NCBI GenBank assembly: GCA_017434185.1
Contig: JAFRFV010000138.1
Span: 1-56,400, forward strand
DNA length: 56,400 bases
Direction: 5' to 3'
Source of the DNA: Coriobacteriales bacterium
GTDB lineage: Bacteria > Actinomycetota > Coriobacteriia > Coriobacteriales > RUG844
The notes beneath the pieces are model-generated. The model searched no databases. It saw only the letters and a program-made list of their open reading frames with translations, and was not told where the DNA came from. Both the position numbers and the translations under genes were made by a program. Below are positions 11,491-20,648 of the stretch, piece after piece (within the stretch, counting starts at the first letter, position 1; every line of letters begins with the position of its first letter).

Positions 11491-12633
11491 ATGCAGGTCA
11501 TCATCTCACACGAAAGCGCGATCGAGTTCTGGCTCACCTGGGGTGACATCTACCCCGGTGTGCCCTGCAGCGTCCCAAGGGGATATCGCCTGCAGCTGAG
11601 CGCCGCGGAGATTCCCGGCCTTGCTCTCACGATGCCGCTGCATGTGCTGATCGCGGGGCAGGAACAACGGCGTAGCGACCCGCTGCGTTGCCACATACTC
11701 GAGAAACTGCCGCCCAAGAGCCTGCGTCAAGTGGGCAACGGCATCTACGTCGTGTGCCCCGAGCTCGCATTCATGCAGCTCGCGGCGGCGAGCGCGCGTG
11801 ACGAGCGCGAGCTCATCGTGCGGGGCACGCAGTTGTGCAGCCAGTATTCGCTCGATTCAACGAAAGAGAATGGGCTGCGGCCACACGCTCCGCACAGCAG
11901 CACGAAGGCGATCGCGGATTTCGCGGCGGCGAACCCAGGACTGCGAGGCGCACATCGCGCGTTCCAGCTGGGCAAACGACTTCTGGATGGCAGTCGCTCG
12001 CCCATGGAGGGCAAGCTCGGACTCACGATGGGGCTCCCGCACCGCCTGGGCGGCTACAGCGAAGCCGACTTCGAGATGAATGGAATCGTGCAGCTGTCCA
12101 ACAAGGGCGAAGCGATGCTGCGACGCCCAAGCTGTGAGTGTGACCTGATCTGGCGGAAGCTGGGCATCGTGCTCGAATATGACAGCGACCAGCACCATTC
12201 GCGGCAACCGGACCTGAAGCGTGACACTCGCCGCCGTGAAGCGCTGCGCGTGTCCGGGCTCGACGTGACCGTGGTCACTGGCGACCTCTTCAACTCGTAC
12301 ACGTGGATGGACGAGCTCGCGCGGCGCATCATGAAGGCGCGCACGGGCCGCTTCCGTGCGTGGCCGGACGACTTCCGCTTGCGGCAGAGTGCACTGCGAC
12401 GCGCGCTGCTCGCGTTCGACAGCCAGCGACCCGCGGAGCTGCCCAGGAAGACGCGCGGCAAGAGGGTCGTGCCCGCGGGCGACTTGACGCAAAATATCGA
12501 GATTAGTGGTTCGATGCTGGAAGCGGCGAGGGGTTTGACGCAAAAAGTCGAGATTAGTGGTTCGCCTTCCGACCAATCGACCGTCGTCTACTACGCTCTC
12601 GAGTTCAAACCAGACGAGGATCCCTTGGGATAA
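11491..12633 (+). CDS. DUF559/Vsr-like PD-(D/E)XK nuclease-domain protein
   Basis: SRSPME...LGGY, CDLIW...LEYDSDQHH...DTRRREAL...G; paralog of 54578-55567; C-terminus reads through two repeat copies. Confidence 0.7.
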   Translation: MQVIISHESAIEFWLTWGDIYPGVPCSVPRGYRLQLSAAEIPGLALTMPLHVLIAGQEQRRSDPLRCHILEKLPPKSLRQVGNGIYVVCPELAFMQLAAASARDERELIVRGTQLCSQYSLDSTKENGLRPHAPHSSTKAIADFAAANPGLRGAHRAFQLGKRLLDGSRSPMEGKLGLTMGLPHRLGGYSEADFEMNGIVQLSNKGEAMLRRPSCECDLIWRKLGIVLEYDSDQHHSRQPDLKRDTRRREALRVSGLDVTVVTGDLFNSYTWMDELARRIMKARTGRFRAWPDDFRLRQSALRRALLAFDSQRPAELPRKTRGKRVVPAGDLTQNIEISGSMLEAARGLTQKVEISGSPSDQSTVVYYALEFKPDEDPLG

Positions 12634-12733
12634 GCCCGGATTGACGGGCTTATCAACCACTAATCGCCACTTTTTGCGTCAAAAGAAGGCTTCGCTGGCG
12701 GCGCTAACCACTAATCGCCACTTTTCGTGTCAA
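12484..12733. repeat. Repeat array family A: two direct plus two inverted 28-bp units, 51-bp period
   Basis: TTGACGCAAAAAGTCGAGATTAGTGGTT-like units at 12484 and 12535 (+), 12655 and 12706 (-). Confidence 0.9.
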
Positions 12734-12745
12734 GCAACGGCGTTT

Positions 12746-13321
12746 CTACGCCGTACGGGAGAACTCGATCGAGTCGAGGATGGCCGTGATCTCCGGCTGG
12801 TACTCGTTCCACCAGGTCTCGCCGCAGGCGTTGGTGATGTTGCAGCCTTCCATGTCGCCAGTCAGGTAGATGAAATCCCAGTACGGATGCTCATTGAAGA
12901 CGCCCATGGAAGCCGGGTGGCCGTTGAAGGTCACCTGGGTCTGGGTGAGCCCGGTGCCACAGACGCCGACGGGGCCGTTGCCCACCGAGATGATGATGAA
13001 GCCCTCCGCGTTCGCGCTGGGACTGATGAGAGCCTGCGCGGGGCCGCTGCCATCCTGGTAGAGCTCGACGTTCTCAACGCGACAGTGCCAATCCGGTGGA
13101 AGCAGGAAGCTGGCGGAGGTGCCGCCCTGGGTGATGGTCTGGCGCTGCCAGCCGTCGGTGAACGCGGGCTCCACCTGTGAGGTGGTGAGCTCGGGCGCGG
13201 CGTCAGGGGCAGGGGCAGCGCCAGGGGCAGGGGCAGGGGCGACGGGCTCCTTGCCGCAGGCGGAGATGAGCAGCGCCAATACGGCGGCTGCGATCGCGGC
13301 TATGATGACGGGGCGTTTCAT
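12746..13321 (-). CDS. Lipoprotein of unknown function
   Basis: Signal peptide with LISAC lipobox, Pro/Ala linker, globular C-terminal domain. Confidence 0.75.
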   Translation of the reverse strand: MKRPVIIAAIAAAVLALLISACGKEPVAPAPAPGAAPAPDAAPELTTSQVEPAFTDGWQRQTITQGGTSASFLLPPDWHCRVENVELYQDGSGPAQALISPSANAEGFIIISVGNGPVGVCGTGLTQTQVTFNGHPASMGVFNEHPYWDFIYLTGDMEGCNITNACGETWWNEYQPEITAILDSIEFSRTA

Positions 13322-13389
13322 CTGCGCTGATTCTTTCAGAGGGGCTCTTGGTGATAATACGACTCAGCCCCCGGAACCGTCGGAAGAAT

Positions 13390-13929
13390 CTAGAGTGTTC
13401 CCGCCGCGCGTGCCGCTTCGACCTCCGCGATGGCGTCCGCGGGCGAGAACTCGCAGTGGCCATCGCCGCGCTTGACCACCACGATGGGGTCGCCGGCTTG
13501 CACCCAGCCACCCTGCAACACCACGGCGAAGATGCCCTCACGGGGGAAGATGCAGTCGCCAGCCAGATGATAGATGGCGCAGCGCGTGTGACAGACCTTG
13601 CCGATCTGGCTCAGCTCGACCAGCACCTCATCACCGATGCGCATCTGACTGCCAAGCGGCAGATCGAGCAGGTCGATGCCCTGGGTGGTGAAGTTCTCGG
13701 CGAAATCGCCTTCCTTCACATCGAGGCCCATCGCCCGCGCCTTCTCGATGGACTCGAAGGCGAGGAAGGAGACCTGACGGTGCCAGTCGCCAGCATGGGC
13801 GTCGTCCTCGAAGCCCCACTGCTCCTTCACGTAGAGGCGCTTATCCCCTACTGGGGTCTTGCGCATCTTCTTACGCGGCGAGATGTTTATGGAGCGCACG
13901 ACCGGTGTGCTTGCTTCTGACTGAGGCAT
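13390..13929 (-). CDS. MOSC domain protein
   Basis: GFEDDAHAG..HRQVS, GDFAENFTT, QIGKVCH..C, PREGIFA; GGGGAGG RBS. Confidence 0.9.
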   Translation of the reverse strand: MPQSEASTPVVRSINISPRKKMRKTPVGDKRLYVKEQWGFEDDAHAGDWHRQVSFLAFESIEKARAMGLDVKEGDFAENFTTQGIDLLDLPLGSQMRIGDEVLVELSQIGKVCHTRCAIYHLAGDCIFPREGIFAVVLQGGWVQAGDPIVVVKRGDGHCEFSPADAIAEVEAARAAGTL

Positions 13930-13998
13930 GGTCCCTCCCCCTTCGGGATTGTTCTTGCTTGGGAACCATAGTAGCACTCATCAATTCATAGTCAACCA

Positions 13999-15351
13999 CT
14001 AGGGTATTATTTCACCACCAACGTCGTCCCGTCCATCATCCGCGCTGCGGTCGTTCTCATGCTCGAAACGTTCGGCCTCCTGCTTGCCTTCGCGCCAATG
14101 GCGGCTGATGATGCGCCCCGCGAGCTTGGGTTCGCGGCGGATCTCACGCGCGGCCAGAACGGGATGCGCGTCGGTGATACGATAGGTGACCGACGTGAGG
14201 AGCGGCATGAGCAGCACCGTCACCGCACCGGCGGCCACCAGCACACTCGCGGTGGTCGTCTCCATGGCCCCTATTCCTGTGGCGATGTTGGTCACCGCGA
14301 CGATGAGCGGCAAGGCCGTCGTGCAGTACAGCGCGACCGTGGCCCTGTGGTGGACGGGCATGTCACGCGTCGCCTTGTTCAGACGCAGCGATACGGCGAT
14401 GGGCACCGCACGCACCAGCAGCAACATGACGATGAAGACAACGAGAACACCGGGCGCGGCGACAACCGCCGTAATGTCGATCCTGGCGCCGCTCACCACG
14501 AAGAAGATGGGGATGAAGAAGCCGAAGGCGATGCCCTCGAGCTTGTGCTCCAGACCCTCCTGGCTCCCCCATTCCTTCTCGGGCATGAGGAAGCGCAGGA
14601 TGAAGCCGGACGCGAACGCGCCCAGCACGATGTCCAGGTCGAAGATGGCGCTCAGGGCCACGAGCCCCACCAGCAGCAGGACCACCGTGCGGACCAGGGT
14701 CTGCGAAGTCGAGTCCTTGCGTGCATCAAGGAAGGTGAAGAGTCTGCTGCCTGCGGCTATGGCCTTCTTGGGCAGGATGGCGACGACAACCGCGACCAGC
14801 AGGAAGATTGCCAGCACGAGCACGGTCACCCACTTGGCGCGCGTGGACAGCAGGATCGCGATGGCCAGCACCGGTCCCAACTCGCCCCAAGTGCCGTAGC
14901 CCAGCACCGCGTCACCCACCCGCGTGCCCAGCAGGCCGCGTTCCTTCAGGATGGGCATGAGCGTGCCTAACGCGGTGGTGCCGAGCGCGATCACCAGCGC
15001 GAGTCCGTTGATGCTCAGCAGTTCGACCGTGGGCAGCAGCGCCACGATCACACAGCCCAGAGCGAATGAGACGAGCCAGCTGCGCAACGCATGCCCACCC
15101 TGCTTGCCGGTGATGCTCTTGGGGTCGATCTCGTAACCCGCCAGCAGGAAGAGGAACGCCAGACCCAGCTCACTCAGGAACTCGATCTCGGACCCAAGGG
15201 TGATGAGCCCCGCGCACGAGGGTCCCAGCAGCATGCCCGCCACGATCAGGAAGACCGTCTCGGGGATGGGCTGCTTGGGAATGAGATGCGCGATGATGGG
15301 GCAGACGAAGGCGATGAGCGCCACGAACGCCAGCGAGATGAAGACCTCCAT
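13999..15351 (-). CDS. Cation:proton antiporter (CPA2-like)
   Basis: About 12 TM helices; ELGLAFLFLLAGYEID, LGAFASG, FFIPIFFV. Confidence 0.88.
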   Translation of the reverse strand: MEVFISLAFVALIAFVCPIIAHLIPKQPIPETVFLIVAGMLLGPSCAGLITLGSEIEFLSELGLAFLFLLAGYEIDPKSITGKQGGHALRSWLVSFALGCVIVALLPTVELLSINGLALVIALGTTALGTLMPILKERGLLGTRVGDAVLGYGTWGELGPVLAIAILLSTRAKWVTVLVLAIFLLVAVVVAILPKKAIAAGSRLFTFLDARKDSTSQTLVRTVVLLLVGLVALSAIFDLDIVLGAFASGFILRFLMPEKEWGSQEGLEHKLEGIAFGFFIPIFFVVSGARIDITAVVAAPGVLVVFIVMLLLVRAVPIAVSLRLNKATRDMPVHHRATVALYCTTALPLIVAVTNIATGIGAMETTTASVLVAAGAVTVLLMPLLTSVTYRITDAHPVLAAREIRREPKLAGRIISRHWREGKQEAERFEHENDRSADDGRDDVGGEIIP

Positions 15352-15363
15352 GGAGCTCTCCCG

Positions 15364-16140
15364 CTACCTGTCGCCTTCGATCCGCAGGCCGCCCAGGATC
15401 TGCCCCACCGGCGCGGCGATGCACAGCTCCGCATGGGAGTCGAGCGACGTGGGGCTCATGTTGCAGATCACCAGGTGGTGCCCACGGAAGTAGTGCACGA
15501 AGCCCGCCGCCGGATAGACCGCGAGCGAAGTGCCCGCCACGATGAGCACGTCGGCAGCCTCGATATCCGCGAGTGCGGCGCTTATCACCCGCTCGTCGAG
15601 TTGCTCTTCGTAGAGCACAACGTCGGGTTTGATGATCCGGCCGCAGCTCTCGCAGCGCGGTACGCTGTCGTCCGCCTCCGCGGCGCGGGCGAGCAGGCCC
15701 TCCAGGTCGTAGAAACGTCCGCAGCCCTCGCAGTAGTTGCGCAGCACGCTGCCATGCAGCTCACGCACCTGGGTGCTGCCCGCCGCCTGATGCAGGCCGT
15801 CGATGTTCTGCGTCACGACGCTGCGCAGCTTGCCCACGCGCTCGAGCGCCGCCAGCGCCAGATGCGCGGCATTGGGCGCGGCGTCGCGGTAGATCATGCG
15901 GTCCAGGTAGAAGCGGTAGAACTCACGCGGATCGCGCAGGAAGAAACTGTGCGAGATGATGCGCTCGGGCGGATACTTGTACTTGAGGTTGTACAGGCCG
16001 TCGGCGCTGCGGAAATCGGGGATGCCGCTCTCCGTCGAGACGCCCGCGCCGCCAAAGAACACGATGCTCCCCGGGCCGGCGTTGTCGATGATCTCCTGCA
16101 GGCGTGCCTGCTGTTCGAGCTGCTGCTGTGTGAGGGCCAT
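15364..16140 (-). CDS. cobB: NAD-dependent protein deacylase (sirtuin)
   Basis: GAGVSTESGIPDFR, TQNIDGLH, HGS, two CxxC, KPDVVLYEE, GTSLAVYPAA. Confidence 0.95.
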   Translation of the reverse strand: MALTQQQLEQQARLQEIIDNAGPGSIVFFGGAGVSTESGIPDFRSADGLYNLKYKYPPERIISHSFFLRDPREFYRFYLDRMIYRDAAPNAAHLALAALERVGKLRSVVTQNIDGLHQAAGSTQVRELHGSVLRNYCEGCGRFYDLEGLLARAAEADDSVPRCESCGRIIKPDVVLYEEQLDERVISAALADIEAADVLIVAGTSLAVYPAAGFVHYFRGHHLVICNMSPTSLDSHAELCIAAPVGQILGGLRIEGDR

Positions 16141-16170
16141 GTTCGTCGCCTCGCTTTCGTGCAAGAAGAA

Positions 16171-16202
16171 GGGGATAAGCGCGTCGCGATGCGCTTATCC
16201 CC
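16171..16202. terminator. Hairpin formed by an inverted pair of GGGGATAAGCGC motifs
   Basis: Perfect 12-bp stem with 8-nt loop, 27 bp downstream of the 16230 stop. Confidence 0.6.
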
Positions 16203-16229
16203 ATGATAACGGATATGTGAGCGTGGAGC

Positions 16230-16880
16230 CTAGAAGCGGGCGTAGCGATCCAGGTTCTTGTTGAGGATCCTGATGAAGCGCTGGGCGTCCTCGGAGAGTG
16301 CGGCGCCCTTCTTCACGACGTAGCCCAGGTGCAGCGTGACATCGGTCTGCAGCGGGATGGTGGTGAGCGCGCTGCCGTCGCTGATGCCCACCAGGATGCC
16401 ACTCGTGACGGTGTAACCGTTGAGTGCGACGATGAGCTCACTCAAGCTGGCGCGGTCGGTGCAGGCGATGGACTTGGCACGCGGAACACCGGCGAGGGCC
16501 TCCTCGGCGACGTAGAGCGGCGCGTCCTCCTCCTGCTCGAAGTACAGGTAGGGATAGTCGGCCATGTCGTCGAGCGACAGCGACTTGGCGTTCACCATGG
16601 GATGGCTCGCCGGCAGAGCGATGCGCGGGGCGCTCACCTTGAGCTCGACGAAGTCCAAGCCGGCGGCGTCGATCGCGGCGGCAAGGTCCGCGGCGGTCTG
16701 GCTGGTCTGGAAGATCACGCCCACCTCGCTGATGCCCTCGGCGACGTCGGCCAGCACCTGGCGGGTGCTGCGGTCGCGGAACGCATAGCTGAACTCATCG
16801 CCACCCAACTGCAGCACGAGCTGGGCGAAGGTCTGCACGTTGAAAAGGTAGTGCTGACCGGAGACTGCGAATCGAGCCAT
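16230..16880 (-). CDS. Stand-alone LysR substrate-binding domain (no HTH)
   Basis: MARFAVSGQHYLF aligns with GRLAISTQHYAF of the LysR at 18560; shares YPYLYFEQ/YPRYCFEQ, DRASL/DRGTL and NGYT/NGFT. Confidence 0.85.
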   Translation of the reverse strand: MARFAVSGQHYLFNVQTFAQLVLQLGGDEFSYAFRDRSTRQVLADVAEGISEVGVIFQTSQTAADLAAAIDAAGLDFVELKVSAPRIALPASHPMVNAKSLSLDDMADYPYLYFEQEEDAPLYVAEEALAGVPRAKSIACTDRASLSELIVALNGYTVTSGILVGISDGSALTTIPLQTDVTLHLGYVVKKGAALSEDAQRFIRILNKNLDRYARF

Positions 16881-16881
16881 G

Positions 16882-18285
16882 TTACTCCCCTTCCTTCTTG
16901 GCGGCCGCGGCTTCCTTGGAGTGCTCCACGACGGCGTGGGCGTCCTTGACGCTGGTGCGCTCGTCGATGAAGCGGGAGGCCTTGTGCTCGGCGGACACGT
17001 TGAGCTTGTCCGTGTCGAACACGATGACCTTGGCGGGACGCACGCCGGTGTGGGTCTTCAGGTTGTTCTCCACGCGCTTGGCGATCTCATCATAGCTCTC
17101 TTCGCTACCGAAGACACGCTCGACGGAGACCTCGTACTTGGTGGTGAACTTCTCGTCGTACACGCGGATGCGGTACTCGCCGGACAGACCGGAGTCCTGA
17201 CGCACGACGTACTCGATGTCGCTGGGGAACACGTTGACGGCGCTCACGATGAACATCTCGTCCTTGCGGCCGCTGATGTAGATGCGGGTCATGGTACGAC
17301 CGCACTGGCACTTCTCGCGGTTGACCCAACCGATGTCACCACTGCGGAAGCGGATCATGGGACGGCTGCGCTTGGTGAGCGTGGTGTAGACGATCTCGCC
17401 CTTCTCGCAGTCGGGCACACGCAAGCCGGTGGCGGGGTCGACGATCTCGACCAGGATCTGATCCTCGATGATGTGCAGGCCGTCCTTGTACTCGCACATG
17501 CCGGCGCAGGCACCGTAGATGTCGGACAGGCCGAAGAAGTCGTAGACGCTCGCGCCCCAGATGTCCTCGATGGCCTTGCGGGTGGTGGGGATGGAACCAC
17601 CGGGCTCGCCGCTGATGATGATGGTACGCAGGTTGGCGAAGTCCTTCTTGGGGTCGTAGCCCTTCTCGATGGCCTTCTGGCCCAGCAGCCACGCGTAGGA
17701 CGGCGAACTCCAGAATTGGGTTGGCTGGTAGTGCTTCATGGCCCAGAGCAGGCGGTCGCTGGGAACGGCACCCACCCAGATGCCCAGGGCGCCCAGTTCC
17801 TGCGCACCGATGACGCAGGGGCCACCCACGTACAGCGCGAAGTTCATGCCATGCAGATAGCGGTCGTTGGGACGCATGCCGGTCTGCCAGAACAGACGGG
17901 ACTCGGCCTTCATGAACTCGTCGAAGTCGTGCTGGGAGAACGGGCTCATGGTGGGAACGCCGGTGGAACCGGAGCTGGTGGCCATGAAGACGACGTCATC
18001 CTCGGGCACGCAGCACAGCTCGCCGAAGAAGCTGCCCACGCCCTGCGTGTCGCGCTCGGTCTGCTTGTTGATGAACGGGAACTTGACCAGGTCGTCGAGG
18101 GTCTCGATGTGGGGATCGATGCCCGCGGCATCCCATGTGCGCTTGTAGTACGCACTGTTCTCGTATGCCCACACGAGCTCGTCCTTCAGCCGCTCCAACT
18201 GCAGCTTCTCGAGTTCCTCACGGGGCATGCACTCGACTTCGGGGTCGTAGTACTTCTGGTCGTAGGGAACGTTCTTCTTCGCCAT
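16882..18285 (-). CDS. Phenylacetate-CoA ligase family acyl-CoA synthetase
   Basis: TSSGSTGVP, SGEP, DFFGLSD, RFRSGD, GRKDEM, NVFPSDIE. Confidence 0.9.
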   Translation of the reverse strand: MAKKNVPYDQKYYDPEVECMPREELEKLQLERLKDELVWAYENSAYYKRTWDAAGIDPHIETLDDLVKFPFINKQTERDTQGVGSFFGELCCVPEDDVVFMATSSGSTGVPTMSPFSQHDFDEFMKAESRLFWQTGMRPNDRYLHGMNFALYVGGPCVIGAQELGALGIWVGAVPSDRLLWAMKHYQPTQFWSSPSYAWLLGQKAIEKGYDPKKDFANLRTIIISGEPGGSIPTTRKAIEDIWGASVYDFFGLSDIYGACAGMCEYKDGLHIIEDQILVEIVDPATGLRVPDCEKGEIVYTTLTKRSRPMIRFRSGDIGWVNREKCQCGRTMTRIYISGRKDEMFIVSAVNVFPSDIEYVVRQDSGLSGEYRIRVYDEKFTTKYEVSVERVFGSEESYDEIAKRVENNLKTHTGVRPAKVIVFDTDKLNVSAEHKASRFIDERTSVKDAHAVVEHSKEAAAAKKEGE

Positions 18286-18402
18286 CTCATCGCCTTTCGT
18301 TGAATTGGTCGTGAATTCGGTCACGGAGTGTTAACTCTCGAAATCTAACCACGGGAACCGTTCGCGGACAACGTTTCGCGTCATTCGAAGTTCTGGGGAT
18401 TG

Positions 18403-18423
18403 GTTATCGAGTTTACCGATAAC
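18403..18423. promoter_or_regulatory. Probable LysR binding site (T-N11-A dyad)
   Basis: GTTATCG-N7-CGATAAC in the divergent promoter region between the ligase and lysR. Confidence 0.6.
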
Positions 18424-18469
18424 TGGGTTGCAGCTAGAATAGGGATGTTGGGATAAGCGCTGCGGTCAA

Positions 18470-18528
18470 TCGTTCATACACTTCGACTTTTGGCAGAGGT
18501 GCTGCCAAAAGTCGAAGTGTATGAACGA
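18470..18528. repeat. Perfect 27-bp inverted repeat
   Basis: TCGTTCATACACTTCGACTTTTGGCAG-aggtg-CTGCCAAAAGTCGAAGTGTATGAACGA. Confidence 0.9.
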
Positions 18529-18559
18529 ATCCGGGACAGAATCGGGAAGGAGACCGGGC

Positions 18560-19480
18560 ATGACCCTGCAACAACTGCGCTACCTGGTGGCAATCGCGGA
18601 TGCCGGCAGCATAAACGCCGCTGCAGCGAACCTGTACACGTCGCAGTCATCACTCTCGAGCGCCATCAAGGAACTCGAGCAGGAGCTGGGTATCATCGTG
18701 TTCACGCGCAGCAACCGCGGCGTCACACTCACCAACGACGGCACGGAGCTGCTGGGGTACGCGCGCCAGGTGATCGAGCAGGCGGATATGCTCGAGGCGC
18801 ACTATCTGCGGGGTGACAGCAAGCAGGGCCGCCTGGCCATCAGCACCCAGCACTACGCGTTCAGTGTGCAGGCCTTCATGGCGGTGGCGGAGACCTGCGA
18901 TGTGGACGAATACGACTTCATCCTGCGTGAGTGCGGCACCGCCGAGCTCATAGATGACGTGCGCACGTTCCGCAGCGAGATAGGCATCCTGTACCTGGAC
19001 GACTTCAACCGTCGCGTGCTGGAGCGCGCCTTCCTGGATGCAGGAGTCGGATTCACTCCCCTCTTCGATGCCAATGTGCATGTGTTCGTGGGCGAACACC
19101 ACCCGCTCGCCAGCCGCACGCTCCTCACACTCGAGGACCTCGAACCCTACCCGCGCTATTGCTTCGAGCAGGGCAGCATGAACTCCTTCTATTACTACGA
19201 GGAGCCGCTTGCCTATCTCCCACACAAGCGCAACATACGCATCTCGGACCGCGGCACCCTGAGCAACCTGCTGGCCAACCACAACGGCTTCACGCTCTCG
19301 ACCGGCATCCTGAGTTCCGAGATGCACAGCGGCATCGCGAGCATCCCGCTCGACATGGATGCGAGGATGCAAGTAGGATACATCATGCATAACGAACGCC
19401 GGCCCAGCGCACTCCTGCTCGAATACATCGAGCAGCTGCGCGCGGTGATCCACGCCACGCCGGGCGTGCGAGCTTATTGA
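18560..19480 (+). CDS. LysR-family transcriptional regulator
   Basis: MTLQQLRY...GSINAAA..LYTSQSSLSSAIKELEQELG..F.RSNRGVTLT HTH; AAGGAG RBS. Confidence 0.95.
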   Translation: MTLQQLRYLVAIADAGSINAAAANLYTSQSSLSSAIKELEQELGIIVFTRSNRGVTLTNDGTELLGYARQVIEQADMLEAHYLRGDSKQGRLAISTQHYAFSVQAFMAVAETCDVDEYDFILRECGTAELIDDVRTFRSEIGILYLDDFNRRVLERAFLDAGVGFTPLFDANVHVFVGEHHPLASRTLLTLEDLEPYPRYCFEQGSMNSFYYYEEPLAYLPHKRNIRISDRGTLSNLLANHNGFTLSTGILSSEMHSGIASIPLDMDARMQVGYIMHNERRPSALLLEYIEQLRAVIHATPGVRAY

Positions 19481-19496
19481 GGAACGGAGGCAGGTC

Positions 19497-20648
19497 ATGG
19501 ACATCGCGCAGTTCAGGGACGAGACGATCGAGCTCGTGGTGAGGGTCAGTCGCAGTTGGAAGAAGGGCGACCGGGACTTTCCCAAGCTTGCCAATGGCCT
19601 GTACGAGGCCAGTCTGTTCTTCGATCGTGCCGTCGACCCGCGCAGTGGTGCGACCCTGGAAGACGGCGGCCGCGGAAAGATCATCTGGCACACGCCCAAG
19701 AAGCACTTCGGTTTCCCCTACGGCCATGACTTCGAGGCAGGACACCTGTACCACCTGGCGCTGCGTCGCGAACGCGAATCCTCAAGTACGGTGACCACCA
19801 GCTACTATCTGGAGCGTGTGATCGCACGCGACGTGTTCGACCCGCGCCTCGACCCCGCGCTCGAATTCGCCGGCAAGTACCAGGACCAGGACCTGGAGCG
19901 TGTCCTACTCACCCAGAGCGGACCCCGCGGCTGGGCGACGGCGTTCGGCCACTACGTGGCGGGCATTCGCTACCTGGCCTTCGCCGCGGATGGCGATGCG
20001 AGCGCCACGGCACGCGTGGGGCACCTGCGCTGGCGTGAACCCATCAAGGGCGGGCGCCCCAGGATCAGCTTCGCCGAGCTGGGCACCTACCGGGCGATCG
20101 TGCGCGAGAGCAAGGACGACCCGCGTGCCCTGATGCTGGTGAAGCTGCTGGGCAAGGTGAATGACCCCCGCTTCGACACCGCCAAAGCGGATTACCTCGC
20201 GCCCGTCGTGCTGCACGACAGCCTCTGCGATTTCACCTTGGATAAGCGCTACGACTGGTACAGCGGTGTCATCGACTGGCTGGGTACCCAGGTCGAGGTG
20301 CTCCTGAACGTGGAGACCGGCGAAACCGACGCCAGCATGCAACTCGCGAAGCTGCACGGGATCTGCGCTGACATGGCCGCCTGCGACGCCCGCGTGAGGG
20401 CATACGCCGCCCAGGAGCTATTGGAAGGCGCACGCGATTGGGCTGCGGACGCAGCGCAGGACGACGAAGAGCCCCAGGAACTCAGCGCCGAACAGTTCCA
20501 GGAGCGCATCACGCCCTGCTCCATCAGCATCGGAGATGATGGCAGTGTGGACTTCAACTTCGACGACGGCAACCTGTTCTGGGGTCACGTGATCATCGTG
20601 AGCATGGACGCGAACGGCGAGTTCACCGGCGCGGATATCGCTGGCTAG
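19497..20648 (+). CDS. DUF2262-like protein
   Basis: C-terminal FNFDDGNLFWGHVIIV resembles DUF2262; GGAGG RBS. Confidence 0.65.
   Translation: MDIAQFRDETIELVVRVSRSWKKGDRDFPKLANGLYEASLFFDRAVDPRSGATLEDGGRGKIIWHTPKKHFGFPYGHDFEAGHLYHLALRRERESSSTVTTSYYLERVIARDVFDPRLDPALEFAGKYQDQDLERVLLTQSGPRGWATAFGHYVAGIRYLAFAADGDASATARVGHLRWREPIKGGRPRISFAELGTYRAIVRESKDDPRALMLVKLLGKVNDPRFDTAKADYLAPVVLHDSLCDFTLDKRYDWYSGVIDWLGTQVEVLLNVETGETDASMQLAKLHGICADMAACDARVRAYAAQELLEGARDWAADAAQDDEEPQELSAEQFQERITPCSISIGDDGSVDFNFDDGNLFWGHVIIVSMDANGEFTGADIAG

Noticed and set aside
12484-12733. Repeat-spacer pattern as a CRISPR array (also 34647 and 54224)
   Set aside because: Only 2-3 units per orientation, inverted partners, 16-23 bp spacers and no cas genes in the window.
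16230-16880. HTH-less LysR as a pseudogene
   Set aside because: Intact frame, own RBS, clean start at the domain boundary and no HTH remnant upstream.
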